DNA of 64,000 nucleotides from the human T2T-CHM13v2.0 reference genome, Homo sapiens, in assembly GCF_009914755.1 (NCBI RefSeq), contig NC_060926.1, one strand, 5' to 3'. This document shows positions 1 through 30,705 of this stretch, piece after piece. Position numbers and translations under genes: made by a program. A model generated the notes under the pieces. That model saw only the letters and a list, made by a program, of their open reading frames with translations, did not search any database and was not told where the DNA came from. The first letter of the stretch is position 1. Each line of letters opens with the position of its first letter.

Positions 1-1072
1 CAAACCCTGTGTGCCTCGGAACAATGGCCCTGCAACCACCGCTTTCCTTCAGAGAGTGAGCCAGTCCTTGCCCTGTGCTTCCTTCTAGTCAGTGCAACCA
101 AACTCTGATCTGGTCCTCCTTGACCCCTCTGATGCTCCCATGGCACCATTATTTTCTCCAATCTCCTAGCCTCTTGTAATACTTGTTGAATTTACATCTC
201 CAGCCATCCTCCTTCCTATTTTTTCTCCTTTTGGAAGAAACGATGCAAAACCTTGTTTCCTTGTCACACAGTATTTCAAAATAGAGGTGTTATAATTGTA
301 TTTATTTTTTACTGTAGACCAAACATTACTATAAACATTTAGCTAGAATCACTAGTTTAGAGAAGATGAGATTTTGTAATAGGTTGGGAACTACTTGACA
401 TAAGAGACGAGAAAGGAAACAACATGGATTAGAGGCATAAAATAAGCCAAGGATAGTCCTAAATTCTGTTAAAAGTATCTCTCACTTACCTCATTCTTAG
501 TCTTGAATATGGAGACTTCTGGCTTTCTATCTCCACTGGGCCCTGGAACTGTGGCAGCCAGAGCCTCACCTTCCAGGTAGGAGATTTAAAGAGTCTTTTG
601 GAGAAATCTGACCAGCCCAAGAAAAAAAGACTTTTAGATAGTGACATACAGGATCCCAATAGACTCGTCAGCCAAGGCATTCTATACTGAATCCTACAGT
701 AGATATTTCATTGCCTGCTCAATTTCCACTCACTATGTACATATTTTTAATCGAGACCATATTCCCCACCTACTTTATTACTGGAATTCACTTTGCTTGA
801 AGGGAGATTAGGCAGACTTCAGTCACCATCATCATCTAGCATACCACATTTAAAACAAACCAACCTTGAATTTAACTGAAAGTTGCAAGTTTACTATGTG
901 GATTAACGGGGTGCTACATACAGGTGAGGAACTTTGGCAGAGCGGCCAGTGTGTTTTTACAGACGTTCATCTTTAACAATTATCAAATTAGTTTAGACAG
1001 TGCTGGCTTTTATACTTAAGGAAATGAACAGACAACCTGGTCAAGTATCATTTTCTAGAAAAATAGTGGGGG

Positions 1073-1382
1073 TTTTTTTGTTTGTTTATTTTTTTGAGAC
1101 GGAGTCTCGCTCTGCTGCCCAGGCTGGAGTGCAGTGGCGCGATCTTGGCTCACTGCGACCTCCGCCTCCTGGGTTCAGGCCATTCTCCTGCGGCAGCCTC
1201 CTGAGCAGCTGGGACTACAGGCGCCCGCCACTACGCCCGGCTAATTTTTTAAAAAAATATTTTTAGTAGAGATGGGGTTTCACCTTGTTAGGCAGGATGG
1301 TCTCCATCTCCTGACCTCATGATCCGCCCGCCTCGGCCTCCCAAAGTGCTGAGATTACAGGCGTGAGCCACTGCGCCCGGCC
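1073..1382 (-). mobile_element. Alu
   Basis: Full antisense dimer with T-rich tail. Confidence 0.95.
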
Positions 1383-1721
1383 TGAAAAACAGTTTTTAAT
1401 TACTTCTCAGTGGGAGGACATTTTAGGGCATCCGCTCTTCTCCAATCACAGTCAGGTCCGGCTTCCTTTGGTATCTGATGGCAATGGCTGAAATGAGCTG
1501 AGCTGAGTTCCTCTCCCTTCACATTCTGGAGTGGCTCTTTACTGAGTAAGAAAGTGAATTAACATTTATTTAGCTTCTTCCTTGGAGCTGGGTACCGGGT
1601 CAGCCTCTTTTCAGAGAGCTTTTGCTCTTGTGGTCAGAGTTACCCTGCAGTTTTCTCCTGGCTCTTACATGACATATCTCAGTACAGGTGTCAAGCCAAT
1701 GGGACAAAGCCATAGTCCTGT

Positions 1722-2049
1722 TTTCCTTCCCTCCTTCCCTCCCTCCCTCCCTTCCTTCCTTCTTCCCTCCCTCCCTCCCTCTTTCCTATTGCCCAGGCTG
1801 GAGTGCAGTGGCACCATCTCAGCTCACTGAAACCTCCGCCTCCCGGGTTCAAGCAATTCCCCCGCCTCACCGTCCCGAGTAGCTGGGTTTACAGGGGTGC
1901 CCCACTACGTCCGGCTAATTTTTGTATTTTTAGTAGAGACGGGTTTCACCATATTGGCCAGGCTGGTCTCGAACTCCTGACCTCAGGTGATCCATCCGCT
2001 TCATCCTCCCAAAGTGCTGAGATTACAGGCGTGAGCTACCGCGCCCGCC
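1722..2049 (-). mobile_element. Alu with (CCTT/CCCT)n microsatellite at the tail end
   Basis: Antisense Alu about 1788-2049, preceded by a cctt/ccct tract at 1722-1787. Confidence 0.9.
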
Positions 2050-2499
2050 CTCTAACTGTTTCTTTGGAGTGCTGCTAGGAAGATTCAAAGAAGTGCAAAT
2101 AAGGTACCAGCGGAGGCTGGTTTGTCTCCTTGCAATTTCTTTGTGATCACCCCTGGGATCACTCTTCTACAGCGTTCCGACAGTGTTCCAAAAACTTCCC
2201 TGCACCAGCGGCAGGGGCAGATTTCCCACCCGGCCATGATTCATGTAGAGCAGTGTCAAAACCAGATCCTTTCCTTACACGCTCATTCGCCGAAAGACCC
2301 ATGCTATGCTGACGGGGTTCCAACCTGGGCTTCACCGACTCCACGTCAGAGGGTCTGTGATTCCCTGAGAGGGTACCCTTAGGCTGAGAGCAAGGGCCCA
2401 CCTGCACTCTGCGCGAAGGACTGTGGTTTTCATCGGGTTGTCGAGAGCGTTCTAACCCAAAATGCTTTAAGAATCACAACTCTAGCCCTTCTAATCAAA

Positions 2500-3200
2500 C
2501 TGCTTTGGCCAAGACGTCCGTTTTGAGTTGCATTTGAACCCTAGCCCTCGGTGGGAGGCACACTCACTTCCACGTTCACAGTTCTTGGAAGCGGTCCCAC
2601 TGGGGGCGGGGCTGAGCGCGACCGCGCCCTCAACTCCCCCTATTGCCCGCCCCGGGGTGGGGCATAACCACCCAACAGGCTCCTTACTCAAGCTCGGGTT
2701 CTTCTCCTAGGCGGAAGCCAGACCAGAGAGCGTGCGTGTTTTTCCCAGGGTGCCCCGCGCTGCTGTTATGGCCGCCTCCTTGAGGTAGTATCCGCACATG
2801 GAATTCTAGGGCCGCAGGTGTATTTACGGTAACTGTCGCCACTAGATTTCAGCGCCTTTGGACTCTCCTGTTTTCACTTTCTTTTGTTGACTCCCGTGTG
2901 GCCCTCGTGGGAGCCTGTTTTGGCTGCAGCGGTGTCTGGGGTGATGTGGACCCCGGAGCTGGCAATTCTGAGGGGATTCCCCACTGAGGCTGAGCGGCAG
3001 CAATGGAAACAGGAGGGGGTCGTCGGTTCAGGTGAGAGGCGCACCTACCGGGCCTTAGGCTATCGTGGGAACTGTGAGGAAAAGGGATGGCAGCGACTGA
3101 TTCTCATCCCTCCCTTCATTTTTCCCTAACACAGTCTAGCTGATTCCTTGAGGCTTTGGGTCGTTTAGTCTTTGACATGGTGGGCGTGGTCCTCACTTTC
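2500..3200 (+). promoter_or_regulatory. CpG-rich TATA-less promoter / first-exon region of TTC27
   Basis: Local rise in GC and CpG. GC boxes ggggcggggc (2603-2612) and gcccgcccc (2645-2653), ETS-like gcggaagc (2711-2718), directly upstream of the start ATG at 2944. The exact TSS cannot be read from sequence. Confidence 0.8.
2944..3031 (+). CDS. TTC27: TTC27 coding exon 1 (MWTPEL...GVVGS)
   Basis: ATG at 2944; donor CAG|gtgaga; 88 nt, ends phase 1. Confidence 0.95.
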
Positions 3201-3349
3201 TTTGCGCAAAACTTCTTACCGCCCAGGTTCAGTAATAATGACAATGGCAATGTCAGTTATTTTTCTAAGCCCTTAACATGTACTCAGTCATTTAATGCTT
3301 ATAGTAGATACTTAAGGTAGATTCAATTTTTAATCCCATTTTGCGGTGA

Positions 3350-4390
<1,041 letters not shown>

Positions 4391-5173
4391 AGGAGGCAAA
4401 GATTAATTCTTGTGAGCAATGAATATTTACCAGAGAGATAAAGAGTTAAAAGGCACATGCACTGGCACATCTGGTTGTGGGATTTAGGCTGGACCCAAAA
4501 GAGTAATAATGAACAGTGTAGTGTGTAAGTACTCTGTGTGTATGTGTGTGTGTGTGGGCACTTGTGTGACACAGTAGGTGCTTCCAGTGACAGGAAGTTT
4601 GAACTTTGGTGGCCTGGAAAACTTTCCTAGAAGAAGTTAGACTTGAGCTGATTTTGGATTAAAGGGTAAGACTAACAAGTGGAGAAGAGTTCAACAGGCG
4701 ATATCACAAGTGCAAAGTGTGGAGGCAGGAATACGCATGGGACATTAGGGAAACAATGAGTAAACCAGCGCTCTTGGAGTGACTTTTCAAGAAGAGAAAA
4801 TAATGGAGGTAGAAAGAACCAGATTGTGAAAAGTTTTAGAACCTTGACTAAGGAAACTTTTGTATTGTCAGTAGGAATCTTTGTGAATTTCCCAGCAAAA
4901 GACTAAATACCTATTAATGAGGAATATTATTTCTGGGGCTGACTTCCACTTTGGGGCTCATAGTCAGTATGAGTGAGCTGCTAATTCTAGGAGAGAGAAT
5001 GTTTGTAGAATGATGGAAATTTACTGAGTGCCTTGTGACTGACATACAGTAATCATTCTAAGTCTATAGATTGTTTTTGCACACTAAAATGGTAGATTTA
5101 CCTAATAGTGTTATCCTTTACGGTATGAAAAATAATTTTTTTTGGATTACCGCACTAATTTTTTATATTACAG

Positions 5174-5351
5174 AGAGTGGATCTTTCCTACAATTGCTGC
5201 TGGAAGGGAACTATGAAGCCATATTCTTAAATTCAATGACTCAAAATATTTTTAATTCAACAACAACCGCTGAAGAAAAGATTGATAGCTACCTGGAGAA
5301 GCAGGTAGTAACATTCCTGGATTACTCAACAGATTTGGACACAACGGAAAG
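5174..5351 (+). CDS. TTC27: TTC27 exon 2 (ESGSFLQ...DLDTTER)
   Basis: Acceptor ttttatattacag|AG; donor AAG|gtagaa; 178 nt; frame continuous with exons 1 and 3. Confidence 0.95.
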
Positions 5352-5672
5352 GTAGAATTTTATTTGAAATTTTCATAGAGGAACAGAGCAAATACATTTA
5401 ATAGCACCTTGACAGGGTAAGGCCCTGATTTTAGCAGTTGAGAAACCTTGCCTTATATTTTACTCAAGACTCATGGTGTACCAAGTAATCTATGTAAAAA
5501 CTCATCCAGAAGTCCATCCAGAATGAAGAAGTAAAGTGGTGCAGGATAAAATGGTTTCATATATGAGACTGGCACATATTTTGGTGTTAACTGCAAATGC
5601 TTAGGTCTGGTCGGCTTTACCCACCGGCAAAACTTCAGACCTTATTTCCTTTAACTTAAAAACATACTTTCA

Positions 5673-6039
<367 letters not shown>

Positions 6040-6457
6040 TTAGATTATTATCTTTATAGAGCTCAGAGAACTTAATGTTTTTGTAAGGAAGCCCTTGGTT
6101 TACCTTCTTCCATTAAAGTTTGTGTAATTTTATAGGGTTAAGTATAGCAGATAGTTACACAGCAGGGAAACCTAAGCTTTTCAGTGGCTTATATTTCATT
6201 GTTATAAATTTGATACCTCTATCTTTCGTCTACTATCTGTGGCAACCATGTCAAGCTTTAATTATCTTATAAATGCATGCAATTTTATTTTACCATTATT
6301 TCTAGGAAATAGCTTCATTTAGTCCTTCAACAAATAAACTATTGTAGTAGATGTGGAGGTTCTGAGGATGAATAAAGCATAACCCATATTCATAAGGAGT
6401 TTGCAAAAGAATGCTACTACAGGCTTTTAATTTTATTTTGAAAATTAATATTATTCA

Positions 6458-6958
<501 letters not shown>

Positions 6959-7889
6959 TGGATTCTCATTGCTTTCTTATATGTGTGCACTCTCATAGCA
7001 ACTAGCCTTGTGGCACCCATTAAAACAACACATTCACACAAATGCATTATTCACTGATATACCAGATTTCTATCTTGTCACATAAAGCTAAAAAGAGACA
7101 TTTCAGTTGACTCATTTTCAGACATTTGAAAGTTAAAGTGTATTTTCAGTTCACCTTATGGATTTTGTTTTTTGATTAGGACAGTTTATTAAGGCTGTTT
7201 TCTCCAAATTTCCAAACTTCTGATTGCATACCAGCTCTTTTGTTATCTTTTTTCTCTAATGCTGCTTATTTGCATTGCATCCAGAGTTTTATATTTTTGC
7301 TACCATAGGCTTGTATGTTTGATTTTTTTTTTTCTTTTTCTGAAAGACTCTTCCTTTTAAGGAAGGGCCTAGGGGCTGTGGGGAAAAAAGTGATTACTAA
7401 TACTTTCTCTTCAGAATGAAACTCCAGGATTCCCTGGCTGTTATTTGCTAGAGTTGGATCTGTACCTATTTAGATCCTAATTTAGGGTTTGGCACATTAT
7501 GGCTGGCAGGCTAACTAAGTGGCTAAGAATTAATGGGTTTTACATTTTTAAAGGGTTGGAAAAAAACAAACATGATATGCAAAGCCTAAAATATTTCATA
7601 TTTAGAAAAAGTTTGCCTATCCCTGTCTCACATCACAGCAAGACTGAAAAATAGAGTTTTCACTAAAATATCTATATGTTTTGTTGTTGTTGTTGTTCTA
7701 GCATTTGGTGGTATGGGATTGGTAAACAATTAGCAACAACTTTATATCATCACTTTTCTTTTGTATAAAGTCAGTTTTCTATACATCTTGCAACATCAGA
7801 GCTGTTAAAGGGAGTGCAAGAAAAACTTATAGATGTCTGATCAGAACCTAAATCAACACCGTTCAAGATAATTTTCCGTGGAGATAGAA

Positions 7890-8058
7890 GTGCTCTCTAT
7901 CTTCATTGCCCACATGGTAGCCACTAGCCACACTTAACTATTGAGCACTTGAAATATGGAAAGTATGACTAAGGAACTGAATTATAAATTTTATTAATTT
8001 TAACTAATGCAAATTTAAACCATGTTTGGCTCGTGGCTATAATATTGGATATTGTAGA
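7890..8058. mobile_element. MER3/MER33-like hAT DNA transposon relic
   Basis: Motifs atggtagccactagccac...ttgagcacttgaaat...gaactgaatt...gtggcta. Confidence 0.7.
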
Positions 8059-8063
8059 CCTAA

Positions 8064-8353
<290 letters not shown>

Positions 8354-8526
8354 TAACCTAAATTGTTTTAAGTTTTAGAAATTTTTTTTTTTGGTAATAC
8401 TCTAGGATAGTCTCAATAAATGTTGATAGATATTATTTTCTTAATAAAACTGAAATGGAATAGTGTGTTTGAGATTATACAGTGATAGTAGTTCATATTT
8501 ATTTCTTTAACCATTCTTATATGCAG

Positions 8527-8656
8527 ACAACAGTTGATATTTCTACTTGGTGTGAGCAGTTTGCAACTTTTTGTTCAGAGCAACTGGACGGGGCCCCCTG
8601 TTGACTTACACCCTCAGGACTTTTTGTCATCTGTTTTGTTCCAGCAATTCAGTGAG
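8527..8656 (+). CDS. TTC27: TTC27 exon 3 (QQLIFLLG...QQFSE)
   Basis: Acceptor ttcttatatgcag|A; donor GAG|gtatgc; 130 nt. Confidence 0.95.
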
Positions 8657-8952
8657 GTATGCTTCTTGAAAATGTTGTATGTAATTATTATTATGTTATT
8701 TATTTTTTATAAGCAGGTCTTTATAAACTGGAACTCATAGTAGGAAAGAAACATGACTTTATGGTTTGCACAAAAGTACTAAGAATGCTTGTTCATTGAT
8801 CAGATTTTCACAGATTTCCAGAAGTTCCTTTGTCAAACTCCTCTTCATACACACTCCATTTTATGGAGCTGTGTTAGCTGTGTTTTTTAATGAAAGTACA
8901 GACAGCTGCACCAGTTGTTTAGTTGGTTGTATCACCTCAGTTACATAAAGAT

Positions 8953-9229
8953 TTTTTTTTTTTGAGATGGTATCTCACTCAGTCATCCAGGCTGTTGTAC
9001 AGTGGCTGGATTACAGCTCACTGCACCCTCAACCTACTCAGGCTCAGGCGATCTTCCCACCTCAGCCTCCCAAGTAGTTGGGACTACAGTTGCATGCCAA
9101 CATGTCCAGCTAATTTTTTTGTAGAGATGGAGTTTTGCCATGTTGCCCAGGCTGGTCTGAAACTCCTGGGCTCAAGTGGTCTGCCTGCCTCAGCCTCCCA
9201 AAGTGCTAGGATTATAGGTGTGAGCGCTG
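8953..9229 (-). mobile_element. AluJ-like Alu
   Basis: TSD tacataaagat (8942-8952 / 9230-9240). Confidence 0.9.
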
Positions 9230-9298
9230 TACATAAAGATCTTTAATGGCAAAGCAGCAAATCTGGAAATCTGTTTAATTTTATTTCAGGTAAGTTTT

Positions 9299-9620
<322 letters not shown>

Positions 9621-9905
9621 TGATACTGTACTTAAGAATGGCTCCCAGGAGTGGTTTGCTCCCAGGGGTGGCTTTAAATTACAAATACTTTATTAAAGTT
9701 TCTGGCACAGCATTGCTTCATGGTGATTATTATCCATTGTGAAGATAATATTATCGATCTGTGCCAGTGTGTCGCCAATAGAGCTTGCAGTTTGAGTTCC
9801 TCAGGAATCTTGAGCTCCTATATAGAGGGTCTGGCTAGTATGAGATGATCTACAAAAGAAGTATGGTTTAAATCAAAGTAAGAACTTTGATTTATCCAGC
9901 CACTT

Positions 9906-9982
9906 TGGTGATTTTGAACGTAGCTATCCACCACTCAGCCTGGAAAAAGCTGAGTGATTGATAGCTATGTTCAAAATCACCA
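9906..9982 (+). ncRNA. MIR4765: microRNA hairpin MIR4765 (mature 3' arm approx. 9951-9972, tgagtgattgatagctatgttc)
   Basis: Near-perfect stem, tttggtgattttgaacgtagctatc (9904-9928) with gatagctatgttcaaaatcaccaaa (9960-9984), plus an upper cactcagc/gctgagtg stem. The name comes from my recollection of the miR-4765 sequence and its location in TTC27. Confidence 0.85.
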
Positions 9983-10055
9983 AATTGTATCCAGAACTTG
10001 TGCAGCAAAACAGACCTAGTGTTACCTGGTTTCTCAGAATTAGGTGTAGCAAGTA

Positions 10056-10403
<348 letters not shown>

Positions 10404-10847
10404 TTAATAATTTGATGGGGGGGTAGAAAGAGAAGAAGTGCAAAAACAAGCATAAAGTGAAAACCACAATAATTAACTCTTTGCATATCAGCTTAGTGAG
10501 TCACTATATATACTTCATTAGAGTAATTTTAATCCATAATGCTGATCCTAATTATAACTGAAAGGTTAAAAGATGTTTTGTGTCTTATGTCTATGAAGGG
10601 AATTTATAATTTATATTCTACAGAGGTTTTCATCCAAAATGGGAGTAAAAAAACCCCAAACCCTAAATGATTGTAGCAGTTAAAGAGATAAGCTTCAGTT
10701 ATCTAGAAATGTACTTAGGAAACATCTCATTCCCTCTCTTATTATGTATGAATCAGTTTCTGGCTTCTATGGCCCTATAGTATAGATTAGAAATCCACCA
10801 AACAGCCAAAGCCATAAATATCTCCTGAACACTGATGTGTGGTTTGA

Positions 10848-13783
<2,936 letters not shown>

Positions 13784-14373
13784 AGTTATTTCATTTCATA
13801 ATTGATGAAACTGAGGCTTCATCAGGAAAACAATTGTGGGAAAAATTTACATGTGCTCACAAACTAATGAGAAGCAGAGAAAGGACACTGTCCTGTGCAT
13901 GTGACATTGGAACCCATGTTCCTGATGGGTGAAGATTCTTGCTCGCTATTTTATGGAGCTGTTAAAATTCTGCCATCCAAATTTTAACAACCTTGTCCAT
14001 TGTAAAAAAATCTCTGTACAACAGGAGAGTGCATTTTTCAAAGGCATCCTTTTTTTTTTCAGCCTTCTGCTCACTCTGGTGTGTGGTCATATGCCCATTC
14101 TGCATTTGATGCATGAGACCTTGTTGATTGTTTGGCTTGATAGAAATTATGGAGTAGAGACTTACTTCATAATGACATTTTCCAGGTATTGAAGCTTAAG
14201 TGAAATGTAGGTGTTTAATATAAATATCAAATACACTATTTACTATAAATACTTTAATATAGGGATGCTTTTCATTGAGATAATATTTTGTTGTAAGTGA
14301 ATTTATGAAGTGATGATATCTCTTCAATGCTAGCATTTTTTTTGAGTTCCTTGTTTCTCTAAAGTTTGAACAT

Positions 14374-14697
<324 letters not shown>

Positions 14698-14920
14698 AAG
14701 TTTGATCAGATGGGTGGCCATCCATCAGGGCAGGCTGGATTTATAGATGTCTAAGGGCATTTGCAGTGTTATAATTCTGTCCAGTGCCAATTGCTGTGTA
14801 ATATATTAATGCTTTTGTTTCAAAGCTGAGTTGACTGGAAAATCTTTGTATTATTACAAGACATATAAAGATTAATATTTTGTTAAATTATATCATCTTA
14901 GTTTATAATCCTTTTTTCAG

Positions 14921-15061
14921 GTTAAAGGACTGGATGCATTTGTTCTGAGCCTGCTCACTCTAGATGGTGAATCAATCTACAGCCTGACCTCGAAGCCTAT
15001 ACTACTGTTATTAGCACGCATTATCCTAGTGAATGTAAGACATAAACTGACAGCTATTCAG
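14921..15061 (+). CDS. TTC27: TTC27 exon 4 (VKGLDAFV...KLTAIQ)
   Basis: Acceptor ccttttttcag|GTT; donor CAG|gtaagg; 141 nt, phase 0-0; missing from the ORF track but open in frame. Confidence 0.95.
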
Positions 15062-15338
15062 GTAAGGAAAGGATCCATGAGATTCATACCCTGGTATGAC
15101 TTTTGTGCTTATTAACACCAGGCTGTAGATGTGTTGCTGACAATGTCTTGGTCTATTTTGTTTTCTAAGTCTTCTAGGTATGTAATTTAAAAATCTGATG
15201 AAAATAAGCAAAAACTTTTCTTCCCTCATGAGATTGATCTAGTTTAGAATGAGATTATGTTGCACCTCCTTAATAGGATTTATGTGTGTACTGTGTAGAT
15301 ATAAATGTTCATTTGCAGAAATCTTAAATATCGATTTA

Positions 15339-15748
<410 letters not shown>

Positions 15749-15929
15749 TTAATTTCTGTTTTCTGGCTCACATTCTATGTTATGTCATTATTTGGGTTGG
15801 ATTTAGTAAAGCATTTGTTAAATATCTATTATATGGTTTCTTCATATAAACTAGTGAGGACAAATATACACACAGAATGCTAATATGCAGAAAGAAAAGA
15901 CAGTCTTTGGAGGTTTAGTGGAGGTTGTC

Positions 15930-16212
15930 AGCCACGCAGTGTGCAGTCTGTGTTGCGCTATTCAACTCTGCTGCATTGTAGTGTTAGAGCAGCTGTAGAC
16001 AATGTTTCATTAAATGGACATGACTGTCTTCCAATAAAGCTTTATTTGTGGACACTGAAACTTACATTTTCTATACTTCTCACATTCACAAAATATTATT
16101 CTTGATTTTTCCCAGTGATATAAAAATGTAAAAACGATTTTCAGTTCTTGGACTATACGGAAACCAGTAGTGGGCTGGATTTGCGCACAGGCTGTGCCTG
16201 GCTGACCCCTGC
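15930..16212. mobile_element. MER58-like hAT DNA transposon relic
   Basis: Motifs tattcaactctgc...gtagacaat...ccaataaagctttattt...gggctggatttg...tgacccctg. Confidence 0.7.
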
Positions 16213-16275
16213 TCCATCTGATTGTTGCAACCTGGTGTGCTGCAGACCCCATAGTGTCAGAAATAGTACATCTAA

Positions 16276-19650
<3,375 letters not shown>

Positions 19651-20189
19651 ATATCTTTCTCTTAATGGTGTTATTAAAAATGGCTGATTTGATGAATTAA
19701 GATAAAATAATAAAGAAACATTACATACTTATCCAAGTTAATTTTAACCTTTTAAATTAATTTTTGAGTAACCTGACTCCAAGAAATGTATCAAGTTATT
19801 TATGATGATATTATTTTTGTGAAATTATAGAAGAAGCAGATTTTCCCACAACCCCTAATCTGTGAAGTATATAGACTAGAATTGGTACTATGTAAGTGGT
19901 TGAGTAAAATGAGTCTTGGTTTTGAAATCAACAGCTATGTGACCTTATGCTAGTTAATTTCTCTGAATATCAGTTTCCATTTATAAAATGGGATAAACTG
20001 GCAAATATTTATTTGGTGTCTTGTGAGTATACTACTGCTCCCTGCTGTCTGGGAGGTTCTAAACTATTGTGACTTCTCAGTCAGACCATTCTGTAATAAG
20101 TGTTATAATCAGGAGATAAAATCTAGAAATTATCTAAAGCAAGACCTCAAGTTCACTTTTTTATTAATGCCTCAATTTTTTCTTTCTTT

Positions 20190-24496
<4,307 letters not shown>

Positions 24497-24783
24497 ACAA
24501 CATATATTTTAAAGGAGGAGTTGGTAAGTTCAAAATGGCATAAGGAAGTCCAAGTGGCTAAAAAAAAAATACAGGTTTGAGAGGATGGAGGTGAGGTGTT
24601 ATTCTTATGGAAGACACAGATGTGGGTTTTGGTATTATTACTGAAGAGAGTAGTGGATGGGTAATCTTACTGAGGAATAAATTTAATTTTATGAATGTAA
24701 AAAAATTCTAAAAATCTCAGTTAATGTAAAAAGAGTTTTCTAAAGTATCCTTTTATTTCAGCTTACGTGGTGTTTTTTCCTAG

Positions 24784-24886
24784 AGCTTGCCATGGTGGAC
24801 TTTGAGATGTGTGAATATTCATCAGCATTTGCTTGAGGAACGCTCACCTCTGCTTTTTACTCTTGCCGAAAACTGTATTGATCAAG
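24784..24886 (+). CDS. TTC27: TTC27 exon 5 (SLPWWTLR...ENCIDQ)
   Basis: Acceptor tgttttttcctag|AGC; donor AAG|gtatgt; 103 nt. Confidence 0.93.
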
Positions 24887-25964
24887 GTATGTAGCAGATT
24901 TTTGTTTGATATGGGCATGTAGCTCAGTTCTAATTACTTGGCTGAGATACTCCTTTTTAGTTTATTTTTTGTCCGGTAGTAGTGCCTTTTCGTTTTGAGT
25001 TGTTTCTTTTTTTTTTTTTTTTTTTTTGGTGTAGAATATCACAAGTTGTTATGTTGTCAGATTATAGAGTTCCTTTTAGTCTTTTTAGTTTAAAAAAGAT
25101 AACTACTTTCACTTACTTAACCTACTTAGGGTGATTTGCTCTATGTAGGTCACCATGATTTTATCTCAAATTGTTTAAAGATATTTTAATATTTTCTCTG
25201 TTCTTTAAGAAGCCTCATTGGAAACAGATGTACTCTCCTTAGTTCTTTTTTTAAAAAAAGTCCTTAACTAACTTGAGCTGGAGTAAATTATGTTAAATTA
25301 CACAAAGAATAAGAAATTATCCTATATCCTATTGAGTACATCAAGAAAAGCGTAAGAAAACAGTTGATAGAAAATAAGTTTCACTGAAGTTAACAATGGG
25401 TAGGGAGGCTATTTTGCATTTCATTTTATTAGTATTTTTTGTAACATATAATATACATGCAGAAAAATACCTAAAACCTAAATGAAAAATTTGCCAAATA
25501 ATTATAAGCCAAACATCCATGTAAGTGCCTCCTGCTGCCTTTGTTGCAGATATTCCTCCTGTATCCTAGGGAAAGACTTTGGAAAAGAGGAGAATCTTAG
25601 GTGCCTTAATACTTGGTTTCCAGTCTTCCTGGTTTTGGGGATTTTTTTTTTGGCAAAAGTTGCCACACAAAACAAAAACAAAAACAGATTCTCTTGTGGT
25701 GAAGGAATATGTGAACGTAAATGAACTTGGACTTGACCATGAGTTTTTGAGTTACAGAGACGGGATTTGATTTTAGCTGTGTCTGGTTCCAAAGCCCAGA
25801 CTCCTTTCAGATCCAACAGTATGGAATGAATATGTATGTGTGTGTCCAAGGGACATGAGGAGTGGTAGTTAGCATCATTCTATGTGGAGAAAAGTGATCT
25901 GTACTTGATGGAGGTAGCACATTCATGAAGGTATAACATAACTCTCATGTGTGTGCATGTATAA

Positions 25965-30100
<4,136 letters not shown>

Positions 30101-30491
30101 GACATAGCATTTTAAAATCTAGCTTTTAGTTCCTGATTCCCTGTATGAACTCAAGCAGTTCACTTGACTTCCAAACCAAGGTTCACTTCCTTATAAAATA
30201 TTCTTTGAATTCTTTCCAGGTATAAAATAATGTGACGTTTTGTAGTCCAGCTTCTCACTCATACCAATGGTGGACTCTTGGAAGTTTGCATCTAAAAAAT
30301 TATCCCCTTTTTTGTTGGACAGTTTCAGAGATTACTTTGAGAAGGAGCTCATTTCATTGTTAGGATTAATAATTGCTACAAAGTCCTTTTTTTTTTTTTT
30401 GAGAGACAGAGTCTCGATCTGTCACCCAGTACTTTTAAAATTAATTACAAAATCTTATATTCTGTCACTTTCATGCAGTATTTCTGCTAAC

Positions 30492-30705
30492 TAGAGCTGT
30501 ACTATTCAATATGGTAGCCACTAGCCATGTATGGCTACTTAAATTCAAATAAAGTAAAATAGATGAAATTGCAAATTCAGTTCCTCAGTTTCACTAGCCA
30601 CATTTCAGGTGCTCAGAAGCCACATGTAGCTAACGGCTACCATCTGGACAAGCAGCTGTAGACTGCTCAACAACATCAGGGAAAGTTGCATTGAACAACA
30701 CTGCT
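30492..30705. mobile_element. MER3-like hAT DNA transposon relic
   Basis: aatatggtagccactagccatgtatggcta...aaattcagttcctcagt...cactagccacatttca...gctc. Confidence 0.72.

Noticed and set aside
2785-2929. Possible small intron in the 5'UTR
   Set aside because: Donors are weak and the pyrimidine tract is far from the AG; not supportable without transcripts.
13960-13989. 10-bp AT-rich stem-loop tgttaaaatt/aattttaaca
   Set aside because: Short and AT-rich, with no snoRNA boxes or miRNA-length stem.
24745-24753. Perfect U12-type donor motif gtatccttt near exon 5
   Set aside because: A single 9-mer is about chance expectation in 64 kb; there is no upstream exon and it is not a tandem USSE-like arrangement.
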